Made by a program: the position numbers and the translations under genes. Below, piece after piece: positions 18,918-27,452 of a DNA stretch of 64,000 nt (its first letter is position 1; the number at the start of each line of letters is the position of its first letter). This stretch comes from Candidatus Poriferisocius sp. (lineage in GTDB: Bacteria; Actinomycetota; Acidimicrobiia; Acidimicrobiales; Bin134), in the NCBI RefSeq assembly GCF_965214065.1, contig NZ_CBDCAT010000024.1, positions 5,345 to 69,344 on the forward strand, given 5' to 3'. The notes under the pieces are model-generated. The model worked only from the letters and a program-made list of their open reading frames with translations, was not told the origin of the DNA and did no database searches.

Positions 18918-18966
18918 GACCGGTCGCGTCGCAGGTTGCGCCGGTTTGCGACCGGTTGCGACCGGT
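18918..18966 (+). promoter_or_regulatory. TTGCG(A/C)CCGG repeat cluster upstream of the AlpA-like gene
   Basis: Three tandem direct copies (18936-18944, 18946-18955, 18956-18965) plus one inverted copy (18920-28). Homologous clusters lie at 21179-21259 and 44496-44530. Confidence 0.5.
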
Positions 18967-18979
18967 ATTGCATTGCAGG

Positions 18980-19330
18980 ATGGTGGCCATGGAAGCCGAT
19001 GCTCGTGAAATCCATGAAATCCTGTCGACCCGCCGTCAGGTCGAGGCGCGTGGCGGGCTGTCCACCAGTTCTATCTACCGGTTCATGCGATATGGCCTGT
19101 TCCCAAATCCGGTCCGCGTCGGCAGGCGCGCTGTGCGCTGGCATGTGTCGGAGACCGACGCATGGGTCTCATCGCGCCCCCGCGCCGCCGGCGGCCGCCC
19201 CGCCGCACGGGCAACCGGTTATCCGTGTCGAATCCCGGCGCTAGTGCCGCAAGAGGCGGCCAAGGGCTGGGCTGTGGGGTGGGCAGGCAGCGGCAGCCGC
19301 CAACGGGGAGGCAGTCGGATATGGGCGTGA
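18980..19330 (+). CDS. AlpA/excisionase-family HTH DNA-binding protein
   Basis: MVAMEADAREIHEILSTRRQVEARGGLSTSSIYRFMRYGLFPNPVRVGRRAVRWHVSETDAWV matches the AlpA/Xis winged-HTH pattern (GLSxSxIYR...G.FP.P...G.R.v.W...E...W). Confidence 0.7.
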   Translation: MVAMEADAREIHEILSTRRQVEARGGLSTSSIYRFMRYGLFPNPVRVGRRAVRWHVSETDAWVSSRPRAAGGRPAARATGYPCRIPALVPQEAAKGWAVGWAGSGSRQRGGSRIWA

Positions 19331-19758
19331 GGCGCTCATCGGCGCAGCGGAAGCGCTTGGCGTTGGAGGCGAAGAGGCGCGGCGTTGATGCCGTGGCCAG
19401 ACAGGCTGGCGTCGAGCCCGGCACTGTGCGGGTCTGGCGTGCCGAGTTCGGCGTGGGCATTGGTACCAGGGGCAGCAGCCAGGCTGCGGCCGCTCCTGGT
19501 CACGAGGTTGACTTGCTTGAGGCAGCGGCTTGCGGCCTCGACGACTTCGCGGATTCCAATAGCATCCAAGAAATGGGCGGTTTGGTCAAAAAGGCGGGGG
19601 ACGCGCTGTCTTGTGAGCTGTCGGCTTGGCTTGGCGATGCCGACAGCAGGGAGCTTGCCTCAAAGAGGCTGGGAGAAGTGATCTCCGACTGGGAGGCTGA
19701 GCACGGCGCGGTTACCGCCGAAGAGCTTGACGAGGCGCGGGCCCAGCTCTTTGGATGA
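19321..19758 (+). CDS. HTH protein / putative antitoxin of a degraded PIN toxin pair
   Basis: 145 aa with an N-terminal HTH (VARQAGVEPGTVRVWRAEFG). Its stop overlaps the following PIN ORF start by ATGA (19755-19758). Confidence 0.5.
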   Translation: MGVRRSSAQRKRLALEAKRRGVDAVARQAGVEPGTVRVWRAEFGVGIGTRGSSQAAAAPGHEVDLLEAAACGLDDFADSNSIQEMGGLVKKAGDALSCELSAWLGDADSRELASKRLGEVISDWEAEHGAVTAEELDEARAQLFG

Positions 19759-20202
19759 CGGTCTTCGTTTTAGACGCCGGTGAGCTGATCGGACTCGACA
19801 ACGACAGCCGGACTGCTTGGGCGAGGCTCCATTCGGCGCGCGGGAATTCCGATGGGTCGGCCACCCCGACGGCCAGGGCCACGTCCGCCTCCATTCGGCG
19901 CGCGGGAATTCCGATGGTCTCGTTGTCCCGACCGGGGTGATCGGGCAAGCCTGGCGCGGCACTCCCCAGCAGGCGAGGCTCAGTCAGGCGCTCAAGCAAT
20001 GCAGGCCAATACCGCTGGACGAGGACACGGCACGCCTAGCCGGCTGTCTGTACGGGCGCGCCGGCACCTCCGATGTTGATAGATGCCGTCGTCGCTGAGT
20101 GCTGTCAGACACGGCGAGGCGTCGGTCCTAACCTCAGATCCCGAAGGCGTCAGCGCGCTGCTCGCGATTTTGAACTCAACGGTGAAGGTCGTGCCGGTCT
20201 GA
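19755..20202 (+). pseudogene. PIN-domain (VapC-like) toxin, disrupted
   Basis: N-terminus is MTVFVLDAGELIGLD. It is interrupted by a 62-bp insertion delimited by 29-bp direct repeats (19827-19855, 19889-19917), plus at least 2 further frameshifts. The C-terminus VLTSDPEGVSALLAILNSTVKVVPV is only recoverable in other frames. Confidence 0.7.
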
Positions 20203-20496
20203 CGCGAGAGCGGACGGCCTACCGGACACGGGTGCTCAAGACGAGCCACAAGGGCTATCCAAGAACCTTGCCCCTGGCGGTTCCAAGGCAGAATCGGGTG
20301 TCGTGGCATGGGCACGGCGGTTCGCTCCGGCGTTCCCCGCTCTATTCCCCCGGGGCCTCGGCGCTTCTGGCAGTGCGGGTCTAGTCGGCGCTTGGTCCTT
20401 CGGGTGTGCCGTGGGTGTGGCTGCCCATCTCCGGGGTCTGCTGGCACCGGGGATGTCCGCTGGCGCGCTGGTTGTCGGGGGTGCGACGGTGGTCCG

Positions 20497-20939
20497 GTGG
20501 GCAGGTGGTACACGTCCAACCACCATTTCGGGCATACCAGCATCATCGGATACTGCGGGCGCCCGTTCGCCGATGCCGACGCCATGGGCAAGGAGATGGC
20601 CGCCCGCTGGAACGATGTGGTGGCCGACCAAGACGAGGTGTGGATCCTGGGGGACCTGGTGATGGGCGGCAAGGCGCAGGGCCTCGCCGGGCACGTCGCG
20701 CGCCTCAGCCATTTCACCTATGTGCTCGACGCCCGCCACGACATGAATTACGACCAATGGCACCCAAAGAGGATGCTGACTGGCTGCTACACGGCCACGT
20801 CCACGAGAAATGGCGCCAACAACACCGGCAGATAAACGTCGGCGTCGACGCCTGGCGCTTCGCCCCCGTCCCAAAGCACACCATCGCCGACCTCGTCACA
20901 AAAGGCCCCTCGAATAGTCCAATCCCCGACTACGCGTGA
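20497..20939 (+). pseudogene. Metallophosphoesterase-family protein, frameshifted
   Basis: WYTSNHHFGHTSIIGYCGRPF...WNDVVADQDEVWILGD lies in one frame (from GTG 20497). The C-terminal GHVHEKW...NVGVDAW lies in another frame (to 20939). Confidence 0.6.
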
Positions 20940-21479
20940 GTTTGTTGCTATCAGCGGCTCACCGATCGCCTCCGAGCCGCCGACCAGCCGACCCCGAACC
21001 ACCCCGCGAAATCGACGGTGCAAGAGCCCCGGTCTGGCCAGCCGCCACGACCCACGGACCGCGATGGCATCGACGGGAAGACAGACCGCCGGGCAGGACT
21101 AGACGGCCCGCCCTTCCCGGTCGGTGACGCGGTGGCCACCTGATCGAGGCAACCGGCCAAACAGGCGAAACACAGGGGCTGCGACCGCTAGCGACCGGTG
21201 TGGGGTTGGCTTCCATGCCCGCAACCATGCGACACCACACCGGTCGCAACCGGTCGCAAGCACACTGAGGATCGGTCGGAAACCTCAGGAAGTGACCGCC
21301 CGGTGTGGGGCAGAGATAGTCGATTGCCGCTGGCCCGCAATGCCCGCCCTCTGATGCCTTACGCTCTTGCCTAGGAACCACCGAAACCTCAATAGCCGGG
21401 ACACCAATGGGGGATAAAGTGGGGGAAGAGCAAGATGCCAGCGCCCGCTTGACTTCTCTACCAGGGTGTTTAGCTAATA

Positions 21480-21502
21480 TTCGAATCCTGCCGTGGGCGC
21501 TT
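21480..21502 (+). repeat. attR core of GI-1 (copy of tRNA-Arg 3' end)
   Basis: Perfect 23/23 match to 8346-8368. Confidence 0.85.
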
Positions 21503-21537
21503 GGCTGATTCAAAATTGAATTTAGAATCAGCCAACT

Positions 21538-22725
21538 TTGGCTAGACTTATGGTCTTGACGATTGACCGGGATCTGGCCCCGAGACTGGAGCAGGCGGCG
21601 CGGAATGCGCCAACGGTCATACTCGCCGGTCCACGCCAGAGCGGGAAGACCACTCTCTGCCGGTCGGTGTTTCCCGACCATCCCTACGTCAGCCTGGAGG
21701 CGACCGATGTTCGTTCGTTTGCGACTGATGATCCCAGGGCATTCTTAGCCCAGTACCCGACGGGGGCGATTATCGACGAAGTCCAGAGGGCACCCGACCT
21801 ACCGTCGTATCTCCAAGGTCTCATCGACGCTCATCCCGCAGCTGGACGTTGGATTCTTACCGGCTCCCAGCATTTCTCCCTGCTTGAGTCGGTCAATCAG
21901 TCGCTGGCTGGCCGTACTTCAATTCACCACCTGCTGCCGCTCAGCCGCGGCGAGGCGATCCGCTTTCCCCGCTACCCCCAGAGCTTGGAGGAGGCGCTCA
22001 TCACCGGGGGCTATCCCCGCATCTATGACCGAGGCCTCGATCCAACCGAGTGGATCAGTTCGTACATCGCCACCTACCTCGAGCGCGATGTGCGAACGCT
22101 GCGGAACGTGGGAGACCTCTCTGCGTTCGCACGGTTCGTCCAGCTCTGCGCCGGTCGCACCGCACAGCTGGCCAATCTTTCTTCGTTGGCCAACGACTGC
22201 GGGGTGTCTCAGCCGACGGCAAAAGCCTGGCTCAGCATTCTGGAAGCCAGCTTCGTGGTGTTCTTGCTCCCGCCGTTTCACTCCAACCAGCGAAAGCGCC
22301 TGGTCAAGATGCCCAAGATGCATTTCTACGACACTGGCCTCGTCTGCCACCTTCTGGGCATCCGCTCTCCCCAGCAGCTCGTCTCGCACCCGCTCAGGGG
22401 TCCGATATTCGAGACGTGGGTCGTTTCAGAGATTGCCAAGCAGCGTACGCATCAAGGGTTGACCCGGGGCCTGTCGTTTTACCGCGATCGCAGCGGGACT
22501 GAAGTCGAGTTGATCATAGAGCACCCTGAGCGAGTCTCCCTGATAGAGGCAAAGTCCGCTGCAACCCCATCAATCAGCTTTCTCAAGACCGCCCGTCGGG
22601 TAGCTGCCCATCTTCAAGGCCTGCACTCGTGCGACCTGACTGCGGTGTACGGAGGCGACCAGCTTCAAAAGCGAAGCGAGGAGAGCTTGGTTCCCTGGGC
22701 ACAATTGTACGAAGCAAGCCTTTAG
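21538..22725 (+). CDS. AAA-type ATPase with DUF4143-like C-terminal domain
   Basis: 395 aa. Walker A is LAGPRQSGKTTL. Architecture is typical of the AAA_14/DUF4143 family. Confidence 0.8.
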   Translation: MARLMVLTIDRDLAPRLEQAARNAPTVILAGPRQSGKTTLCRSVFPDHPYVSLEATDVRSFATDDPRAFLAQYPTGAIIDEVQRAPDLPSYLQGLIDAHPAAGRWILTGSQHFSLLESVNQSLAGRTSIHHLLPLSRGEAIRFPRYPQSLEEALITGGYPRIYDRGLDPTEWISSYIATYLERDVRTLRNVGDLSAFARFVQLCAGRTAQLANLSSLANDCGVSQPTAKAWLSILEASFVVFLLPPFHSNQRKRLVKMPKMHFYDTGLVCHLLGIRSPQQLVSHPLRGPIFETWVVSEIAKQRTHQGLTRGLSFYRDRSGTEVELIIEHPERVSLIEAKSAATPSISFLKTARRVAAHLQGLHSCDLTAVYGGDQLQKRSEESLVPWAQLYEASL

Positions 22726-22872
22726 GATCTGGCCGTGGGCGCATTCTGTCGAGGGCGCCAATCTTGCACTGCGGAGGCGGTGGAACGTCGGGCTATGAAC
22801 TCGATTCGACCTGCAAGACATAGCCGGCGCCGTCGGCGGTTCGGCCCGTAATCTGAATGCGAGCGTTGCCTA

Positions 22873-24111
22873 TCACCGCGCTTTCCCCGACGCGGTACAC
22901 GTGCCTGGCGTCTCCGGCGAGGATTCCACCGTATGGGGGTGGATTTCGACTTCGCCGATCGATATCCATCCGGCTGCGTACCTGTTGATGGCCGGAGTGC
23001 CGAATGCCAGTGTTTGCCCATTGCCCATAACGTCCATCAGATTGGTTCCAAAGTGCCTGTCGGGCCGGTCGTAGCTGTGGGGCCAGCTCAGGGCGTGGCC
23101 CAGCTCATGAGCGAGGAAGAAGCCGGTGGGGGTCGGGGGGATGTGGCCGGGCACCGAGGTGATTCCCAAGGTGCTGAGCCGGATCTCCCTGGAGTTCTCG
23201 GGCCATTGGGGAGAGCACTCATTCGGTATCCGCTCTTCCAAGTGACGGTTGTAGCAGTTGCCGGGACCTCCTCCTCCGATCCGGCAATCTGCTGGGGTTC
23301 CGCAGTCAATCATTGCCAGGTCGATGACGATAACCGCGCCGTTGGCCTCTTGAGGTGAGGGAGTATTGCGAATGTTGTCGTAGCAGTCCTGCTCGTTCTC
23401 GGCCTTCACCGTTCCGCCGGCAATGAACTCAGCGAGATATGAACCGCCGGACAGCCATGAGAAATAGGGCTGGACCCAGCTTGTAAATCGCTCAGCCATC
23501 TCAACCGGGTCGTTCTCCAACGTTCCGGCCTCGGTATCGCAAGCCCAAACCACCCAGGTGTCTGTCCCAATGGTGTAAGCCCGGTCAATGTTGGCGAATG
23601 CGATCAGTCCGGACGGGTCGCTGCGATAGATCAATTCGGTTCGAATTTCCAGGAACTCCGCGATGGCTTCTTCACTGTTTGGAGCATCCGCCTGACCGTC
23701 GTCGTTGGCCCCCCAGCAGCTGATGGCTTCGTCAGCCCCGATAGCGCAGGAGTGCGTGCGACCAGCGGTGACATCAAGATCGAGGGTGGGGGCGGGGGTG
23801 GCGATAGGCTCAGGGGTCGGAGCGGGCGCGCCGTCGGCACAGCCGCCGGGGACGATCTGGGTGTCGATGTCGAATCGACAGCGGTACACGTTCAGTAGGG
23901 CTTCTTGGTTGGCAATCAGGCTGTCGCGGGCCTCTATATCTGCCGTGGGCGCTGAATGACGACTTATTCCATTTCTGAATTGTGGCGGTATCCCGTCAAG
24001 TCGGTAGGCGGGGAGAGGGTGGAGAGGCTGGAGCTTCGGGGCCTTCGCCTGCTTCGGTACAAACGCCGAAGTCACTGCGGCAGGCAGTATCAGCGTTGGC
24101 GAGATGCTCAC
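22873..24111 (-). CDS. Secreted zinc metalloprotease-like protein with RCC1-like repeat
   Basis: HExxH (FLAHELGHALSWPH), RCC1-like THSCAIGADEAISCWGANDDGQADAP, and an N-terminal NQEALLNVYRC...VPGGC module. Confidence 0.65.
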   Translation of the reverse strand: MSISPTLILPAAVTSAFVPKQAKAPKLQPLHPLPAYRLDGIPPQFRNGISRHSAPTADIEARDSLIANQEALLNVYRCRFDIDTQIVPGGCADGAPAPTPEPIATPAPTLDLDVTAGRTHSCAIGADEAISCWGANDDGQADAPNSEEAIAEFLEIRTELIYRSDPSGLIAFANIDRAYTIGTDTWVVWACDTEAGTLENDPVEMAERFTSWVQPYFSWLSGGSYLAEFIAGGTVKAENEQDCYDNIRNTPSPQEANGAVIVIDLAMIDCGTPADCRIGGGGPGNCYNRHLEERIPNECSPQWPENSREIRLSTLGITSVPGHIPPTPTGFFLAHELGHALSWPHSYDRPDRHFGTNLMDVMGNGQTLAFGTPAINRYAAGWISIGEVEIHPHTVESSPETPGTCTASGKAR

Positions 24112-24162
24112 CGTCTCGGACTTACTTCTAGTCCTGGGACGATCCCGTCTCTTGCAGGGGGC

Positions 24163-25023
24163 TCAGAGCTCGCCGGCGGCGAGCATGTCGGCGGGGATCT
24201 TCATGTCTAGGGCGCCGAGGTAGCCGCCTCCTTCGTTGGTGGCGTCGTGGACGTCATAGCCGAGCAGCTCTTGGGCCCGGCGGGGGAGGGTGCGGGCGAT
24301 GTCGGGGGGTGTGGCCAGGCAGTTGTTCTCCTCCGATCGCAGCCAGCCCAGCATGTAGCTGAGGTGGAAGGCTGGTCGGTGCTGGTCGGCAGTGGAGTTG
24401 GCCCCGGCGCCGTGGATGGTTGAGCCCAAATAGATCACCCGCGATCCGGCGGGCATCTCGGCATGGGCGAACTCGTGGGGCTCGGGCTTGCGGTCGAGCC
24501 CCCAGCGGTGGCTTCCGGGCACTACACGGGTGGCCCCGAGCTCGCGGGTGAAGTCGCACAGCGCAGTCACCGACGACAGCTCAATCTCGGGGCTGGGCTG
24601 GGGCATGTGCGGCCACACGTCCTCGTCGCGGTGGGGGAACTGGGCCTCGGCTCCCGGCCCCACCACCAGCATGTGGGCCACGTTAACCCCGAAGTCGGCG
24701 CAGTTGGGTCCCAGCACGGCGTCGGCGATGTCGAGCATCAGGGGGTGCAACAGCACCTCGGACACGAACGTGGGCGATTTGGAGGCCAGTCCGGTCACAT
24801 GGCGCATGTTCTCGCCGAAGAATGCTGCGATCATGGGGTTGATGAAGGTCCGGTTGGAGTCGGGCTTTTCCACGTAGGGCATCAGCTCGGCGAGGATCTG
24901 GTTGATCACCTGGTCGCTGAAGCAATCCTCCACGATCACCGCCCCGTCGGCGTCGAGCACCTCCAGAACATGCTCGAGCGGCTCGTCGTTCTTCAGGTGG
25001 ACCAATTCGGCTTGGGTTGCCAT
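24163..25023 (-). CDS. Phytanoyl-CoA dioxygenase (PhyH) family Fe(II)/2OG oxygenase
   Basis: 286 aa. HRD (FPHRDEDVW) and distal STIHGAGAN iron-binding residues in PhyH spacing. Confidence 0.85.
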   Translation of the reverse strand: MATQAELVHLKNDEPLEHVLEVLDADGAVIVEDCFSDQVINQILAELMPYVEKPDSNRTFINPMIAAFFGENMRHVTGLASKSPTFVSEVLLHPLMLDIADAVLGPNCADFGVNVAHMLVVGPGAEAQFPHRDEDVWPHMPQPSPEIELSSVTALCDFTRELGATRVVPGSHRWGLDRKPEPHEFAHAEMPAGSRVIYLGSTIHGAGANSTADQHRPAFHLSYMLGWLRSEENNCLATPPDIARTLPRRAQELLGYDVHDATNEGGGYLGALDMKIPADMLAAGEL

Positions 25024-25065
25024 GCCCCACTGTATTCCGAGATTGTGCGTCTCGGTCGTGCTCGC

Positions 25066-26400
25066 TTAGGCCTTCTGGAGGAGCCAGAGGCCGACCACGC
25101 TGTAGAAGACCATGACCAGGAGCATGGGGCGCTGTGCCCAGGCGGCTTCGCTGGCGTCGCTGGTCTCCACGGCCCGGTCGTGGGCCACCAGCACCGCGGC
25201 GATGTGGCCGATGACGATGGCCGAGAACTGCACCCAGGCGATGGCGTCGGTGGACACCAGAAGGAAGTTCACCGCCCAATCGGCGGTTCCGAACCAGTTG
25301 GAGCCGCGGTCGAACGGGTTGGACAAAAGGCGCAGGAAGTTCTGGCCACCGTCAAGAACCAGCAGCGAGAAGTAGTGGGCCACTGTGTATCCCAAAACGA
25401 TGGGAACCAAAGAGTGCGCGAAGCGCCGGGCCACCTCTGCTGCGGTCTGGTCGGTGAACCAGCCCACGGCCAGCGAACCCAGGTAGTAGAGCGCCGCCAT
25501 GATGGCGATGACGGCGACCATCCCCAGGGTATTGATCCCGGTGGCGGTCCAGCCCCGGTGGGTGCCCACCAGATCGGGCCACAGGGTGCTTCCGGCCAGT
25601 GAGTCGAACGTGGTTCCGCCGAGCACCAGCAGCAGCACGGCCAGCAGGTCGAGGCGGAGGGCAACCGTCGTCAGCCCCGACAATGGCGCCCGCAGCCGAA
25701 CCGCCCCGGTGTCGTCTCGATACAGGGGCGACAGTTTGGCCAGGAGCGAGAACAGCACCCCGAAACCGTCGGCCTGGCGCAGCCAGCGTCGCCCGTACAC
25801 CGCCGATCCGCCCACCATCCCCACCGTGTAGGCGACCATGGCCCCGCCCACTGCCGAGTTGGTGGTGCCGTCGTGGTAGCAGAGCTCGAAGAACAAGAAC
25901 CATCCCAGCGCGACCACAGCCGGCCAGTACCCGCCGGGGATCTCGCCGGAGTCGTCTATCTGGGGCAGGCCCAGCTTGCCCGCGGCCCACTCGATGGCCG
26001 AGGCGATGGTCTCGAAGGGGTTGAGCACCCGCCACACATCGCCGAACACAGCGGCCACCATCGCCATGCCCACCCACAGCGCCACATACACCGTGAGCGG
26101 CCCGAATCGCTGGCTCCCCACCTGTGCACCGCTGAGGCTGCTGGCCAGGGCCAGCACGAACAACCCCAGCGAGATCAAACGGGCGGGCACCGCCGCCACA
26201 TCCAGCAGCCGGCCGAATGCCATGCCCAGACTCCGGCCCGTTGCGGCCCCCGGCAGCCAAGCCCGATGCCAGAAGAAGCTCAGGCTGACAAATGTTGCCA
26301 TGAGGGCGACGGCTGCACCGATGCCGAACAGATAGAAGGGCAGGGGGAGATCGCCCCGCGACCCCACCCCGTGGGCCAAGACGGTATTGAGCATGGTCAC
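25066..26400 (-). CDS. Polytopic membrane protein, unknown function
   Basis: 444 aa with 10 or more hydrophobic segments. The other frames over this region are R/G/P-rich shadows. Confidence 0.7.
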   Translation of the reverse strand: MTMLNTVLAHGVGSRGDLPLPFYLFGIGAAVALMATFVSLSFFWHRAWLPGAATGRSLGMAFGRLLDVAAVPARLISLGLFVLALASSLSGAQVGSQRFGPLTVYVALWVGMAMVAAVFGDVWRVLNPFETIASAIEWAAGKLGLPQIDDSGEIPGGYWPAVVALGWFLFFELCYHDGTTNSAVGGAMVAYTVGMVGGSAVYGRRWLRQADGFGVLFSLLAKLSPLYRDDTGAVRLRAPLSGLTTVALRLDLLAVLLLVLGGTTFDSLAGSTLWPDLVGTHRGWTATGINTLGMVAVIAIMAALYYLGSLAVGWFTDQTAAEVARRFAHSLVPIVLGYTVAHYFSLLVLDGGQNFLRLLSNPFDRGSNWFGTADWAVNFLLVSTDAIAWVQFSAIVIGHIAAVLVAHDRAVETSDASEAAWAQRPMLLVMVFYSVVGLWLLQKA

Positions 26401-26448
26401 GTCAGATCTATCCCACTGGGTGCTCCATCACGATCCCTGCGATTGGGT

Positions 26449-27114
26449 TCATGAGATTGGCGCGGTGACTTTGGGGATGTCATTGGATGCCGAGTTGACC
26501 AGGCCCGACACCTCGTAGGCTTCCAAAGCGTCTTTGGAGTAGGGCTCCAGGAGCTGCGTCAACGCGTCGCTGTCGTCGAGGGCGGTGTCCAGCCAGAGAT
26601 CCTCTGCCTGTTCGGGCAAGATGACCGGCATCCGGTGGTGGATCGGCCTGAGCAGGTCGTTGGCCTCAGTGGTGATGATGGCGCATGACGGGGTGCGATT
26701 GCCCTCCGGATCGGTCCACACCGACCAGAGTCCGGCGAAAGCGAAGGGCTCGCCCGATCGCATTGCGACCCTCATAGGGCGCTTGGTGTCACCTGTCCTC
26801 TGCCACTCGTAGAAGCCGTCGGCGAGCACCAGGCACCGCCGCTTCTTCAGCGAGCTGCGGAACGAGGGCTTCTCGGCCACCGTTTCCGCTCTGGCGTTGA
26901 TGAGGGGGCGGCTGGAGGGCCCGTCTTTGGACCACGGTGGGATCAGGCCCCAGCGCATGAAGCCGGCTCGACGGGAGTCGCCGCCGACCACGGCCAACAC
27001 CTGCTGGGTGGGGGCGACGTTGTAGCGAGGGCTGAAGTCGTCTCGGTGGCCGTCGAAGTCGAATCGTTTGGCCAACTCCTCCAGGCTGGCTGTAATGCTG
27101 TACCGACCGCACAT
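26449..27114 (-). CDS. SOS-response-associated peptidase (SRAP/YedK family)
   Basis: N-terminal MCGRYS with catalytic Cys2, and conserved PRYNVAPTQ and FYEW motifs. Confidence 0.9.
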   Translation of the reverse strand: MCGRYSITASLEELAKRFDFDGHRDDFSPRYNVAPTQQVLAVVGGDSRRAGFMRWGLIPPWSKDGPSSRPLINARAETVAEKPSFRSSLKKRRCLVLADGFYEWQRTGDTKRPMRVAMRSGEPFAFAGLWSVWTDPEGNRTPSCAIITTEANDLLRPIHHRMPVILPEQAEDLWLDTALDDSDALTQLLEPYSKDALEAYEVSGLVNSASNDIPKVTAPIS

Positions 27115-27217
27115 CTAGATCCCATTATGAGTCTGAAGAAGACGAACAACCAATCCCCGCTGCCGACCTTGCCTCGGTGGGCAATACACTCGGAACAACA
27201 GGCCAAAGCGCCAGCCA

Positions 27218-27292
27218 GCCCCTGTAGCTCAGTCAGGACAGAGCAGTTGACTTCTAATCATCAGGCCGCAGGTTCGAATCCTGCCGGGGGCG
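27218..27292 (+). tRNA. tRNA-Arg (anticodon TCT)
   Basis: Hand-folded. Acceptor GCCCCTG/CGGGGGC (one G-U), D stem GCTC/GAGC, anticodon loop CTTCTAA, T arm GCAGG-TTCGAAT-CCTGC. The T arm is identical to the tRNA at 8291. Confidence 0.9.
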
Positions 27293-27452
27293 CTTTTTGA
27301 TGTTGCCGGGCTTTTCCGAATGCCCCCGCTAGTGCCCGAAGTCCCAGCGTATCCAGGGTTTTGTCGCTTCGTGGTGGTACACTGTTCCCAGGCTTAACTG
27401 CACAATCCCGCCAAAAGTGTGGGACAGATTGTGGGACGGATTGGAGGACAGG

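Larger units (their letters stand above)
8291..21502. mobile_element. Genomic island GI-1 integrated in tRNA-Arg(CCT), decaying
   Basis: Bounded by a perfect 23-bp direct repeat TTCGAATCCTGCCGTGGGCGCTT (8346-8368 inside the tRNA; 21480-21502). Integrase sits next to the tRNA. Carries IS elements, a second recombinase, an AlpA-like gene and several pseudogenes. Confidence 0.8.

Noticed and set aside
20960-21228. An intact AlpA-like gene on the minus strand at the GI-1 right end, starting ATGGTTGCGGGCATGGAAGCC.
   Set aside because: Only the first few codons and the upstream repeat cluster resemble the 18980 gene. No frame downstream gives a recognisable HTH. It is reported only as a degenerate copy within a finding.
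22726-22745. Possible third, degenerate copy of the tRNA-Arg att core (GGATCTGGCCGTGGGCGCATT) right after the DUF4143 ATPase gene. It would make 21503-22745 an older tandem island remnant.
   Set aside because: Only 11 nt (GCCGTGGGCGC) match exactly, with patchy flanks. A GC-rich 11-mer match can arise by chance in 64 kb of this composition. It is worth a look with a proper alignment but is not supportable from here.
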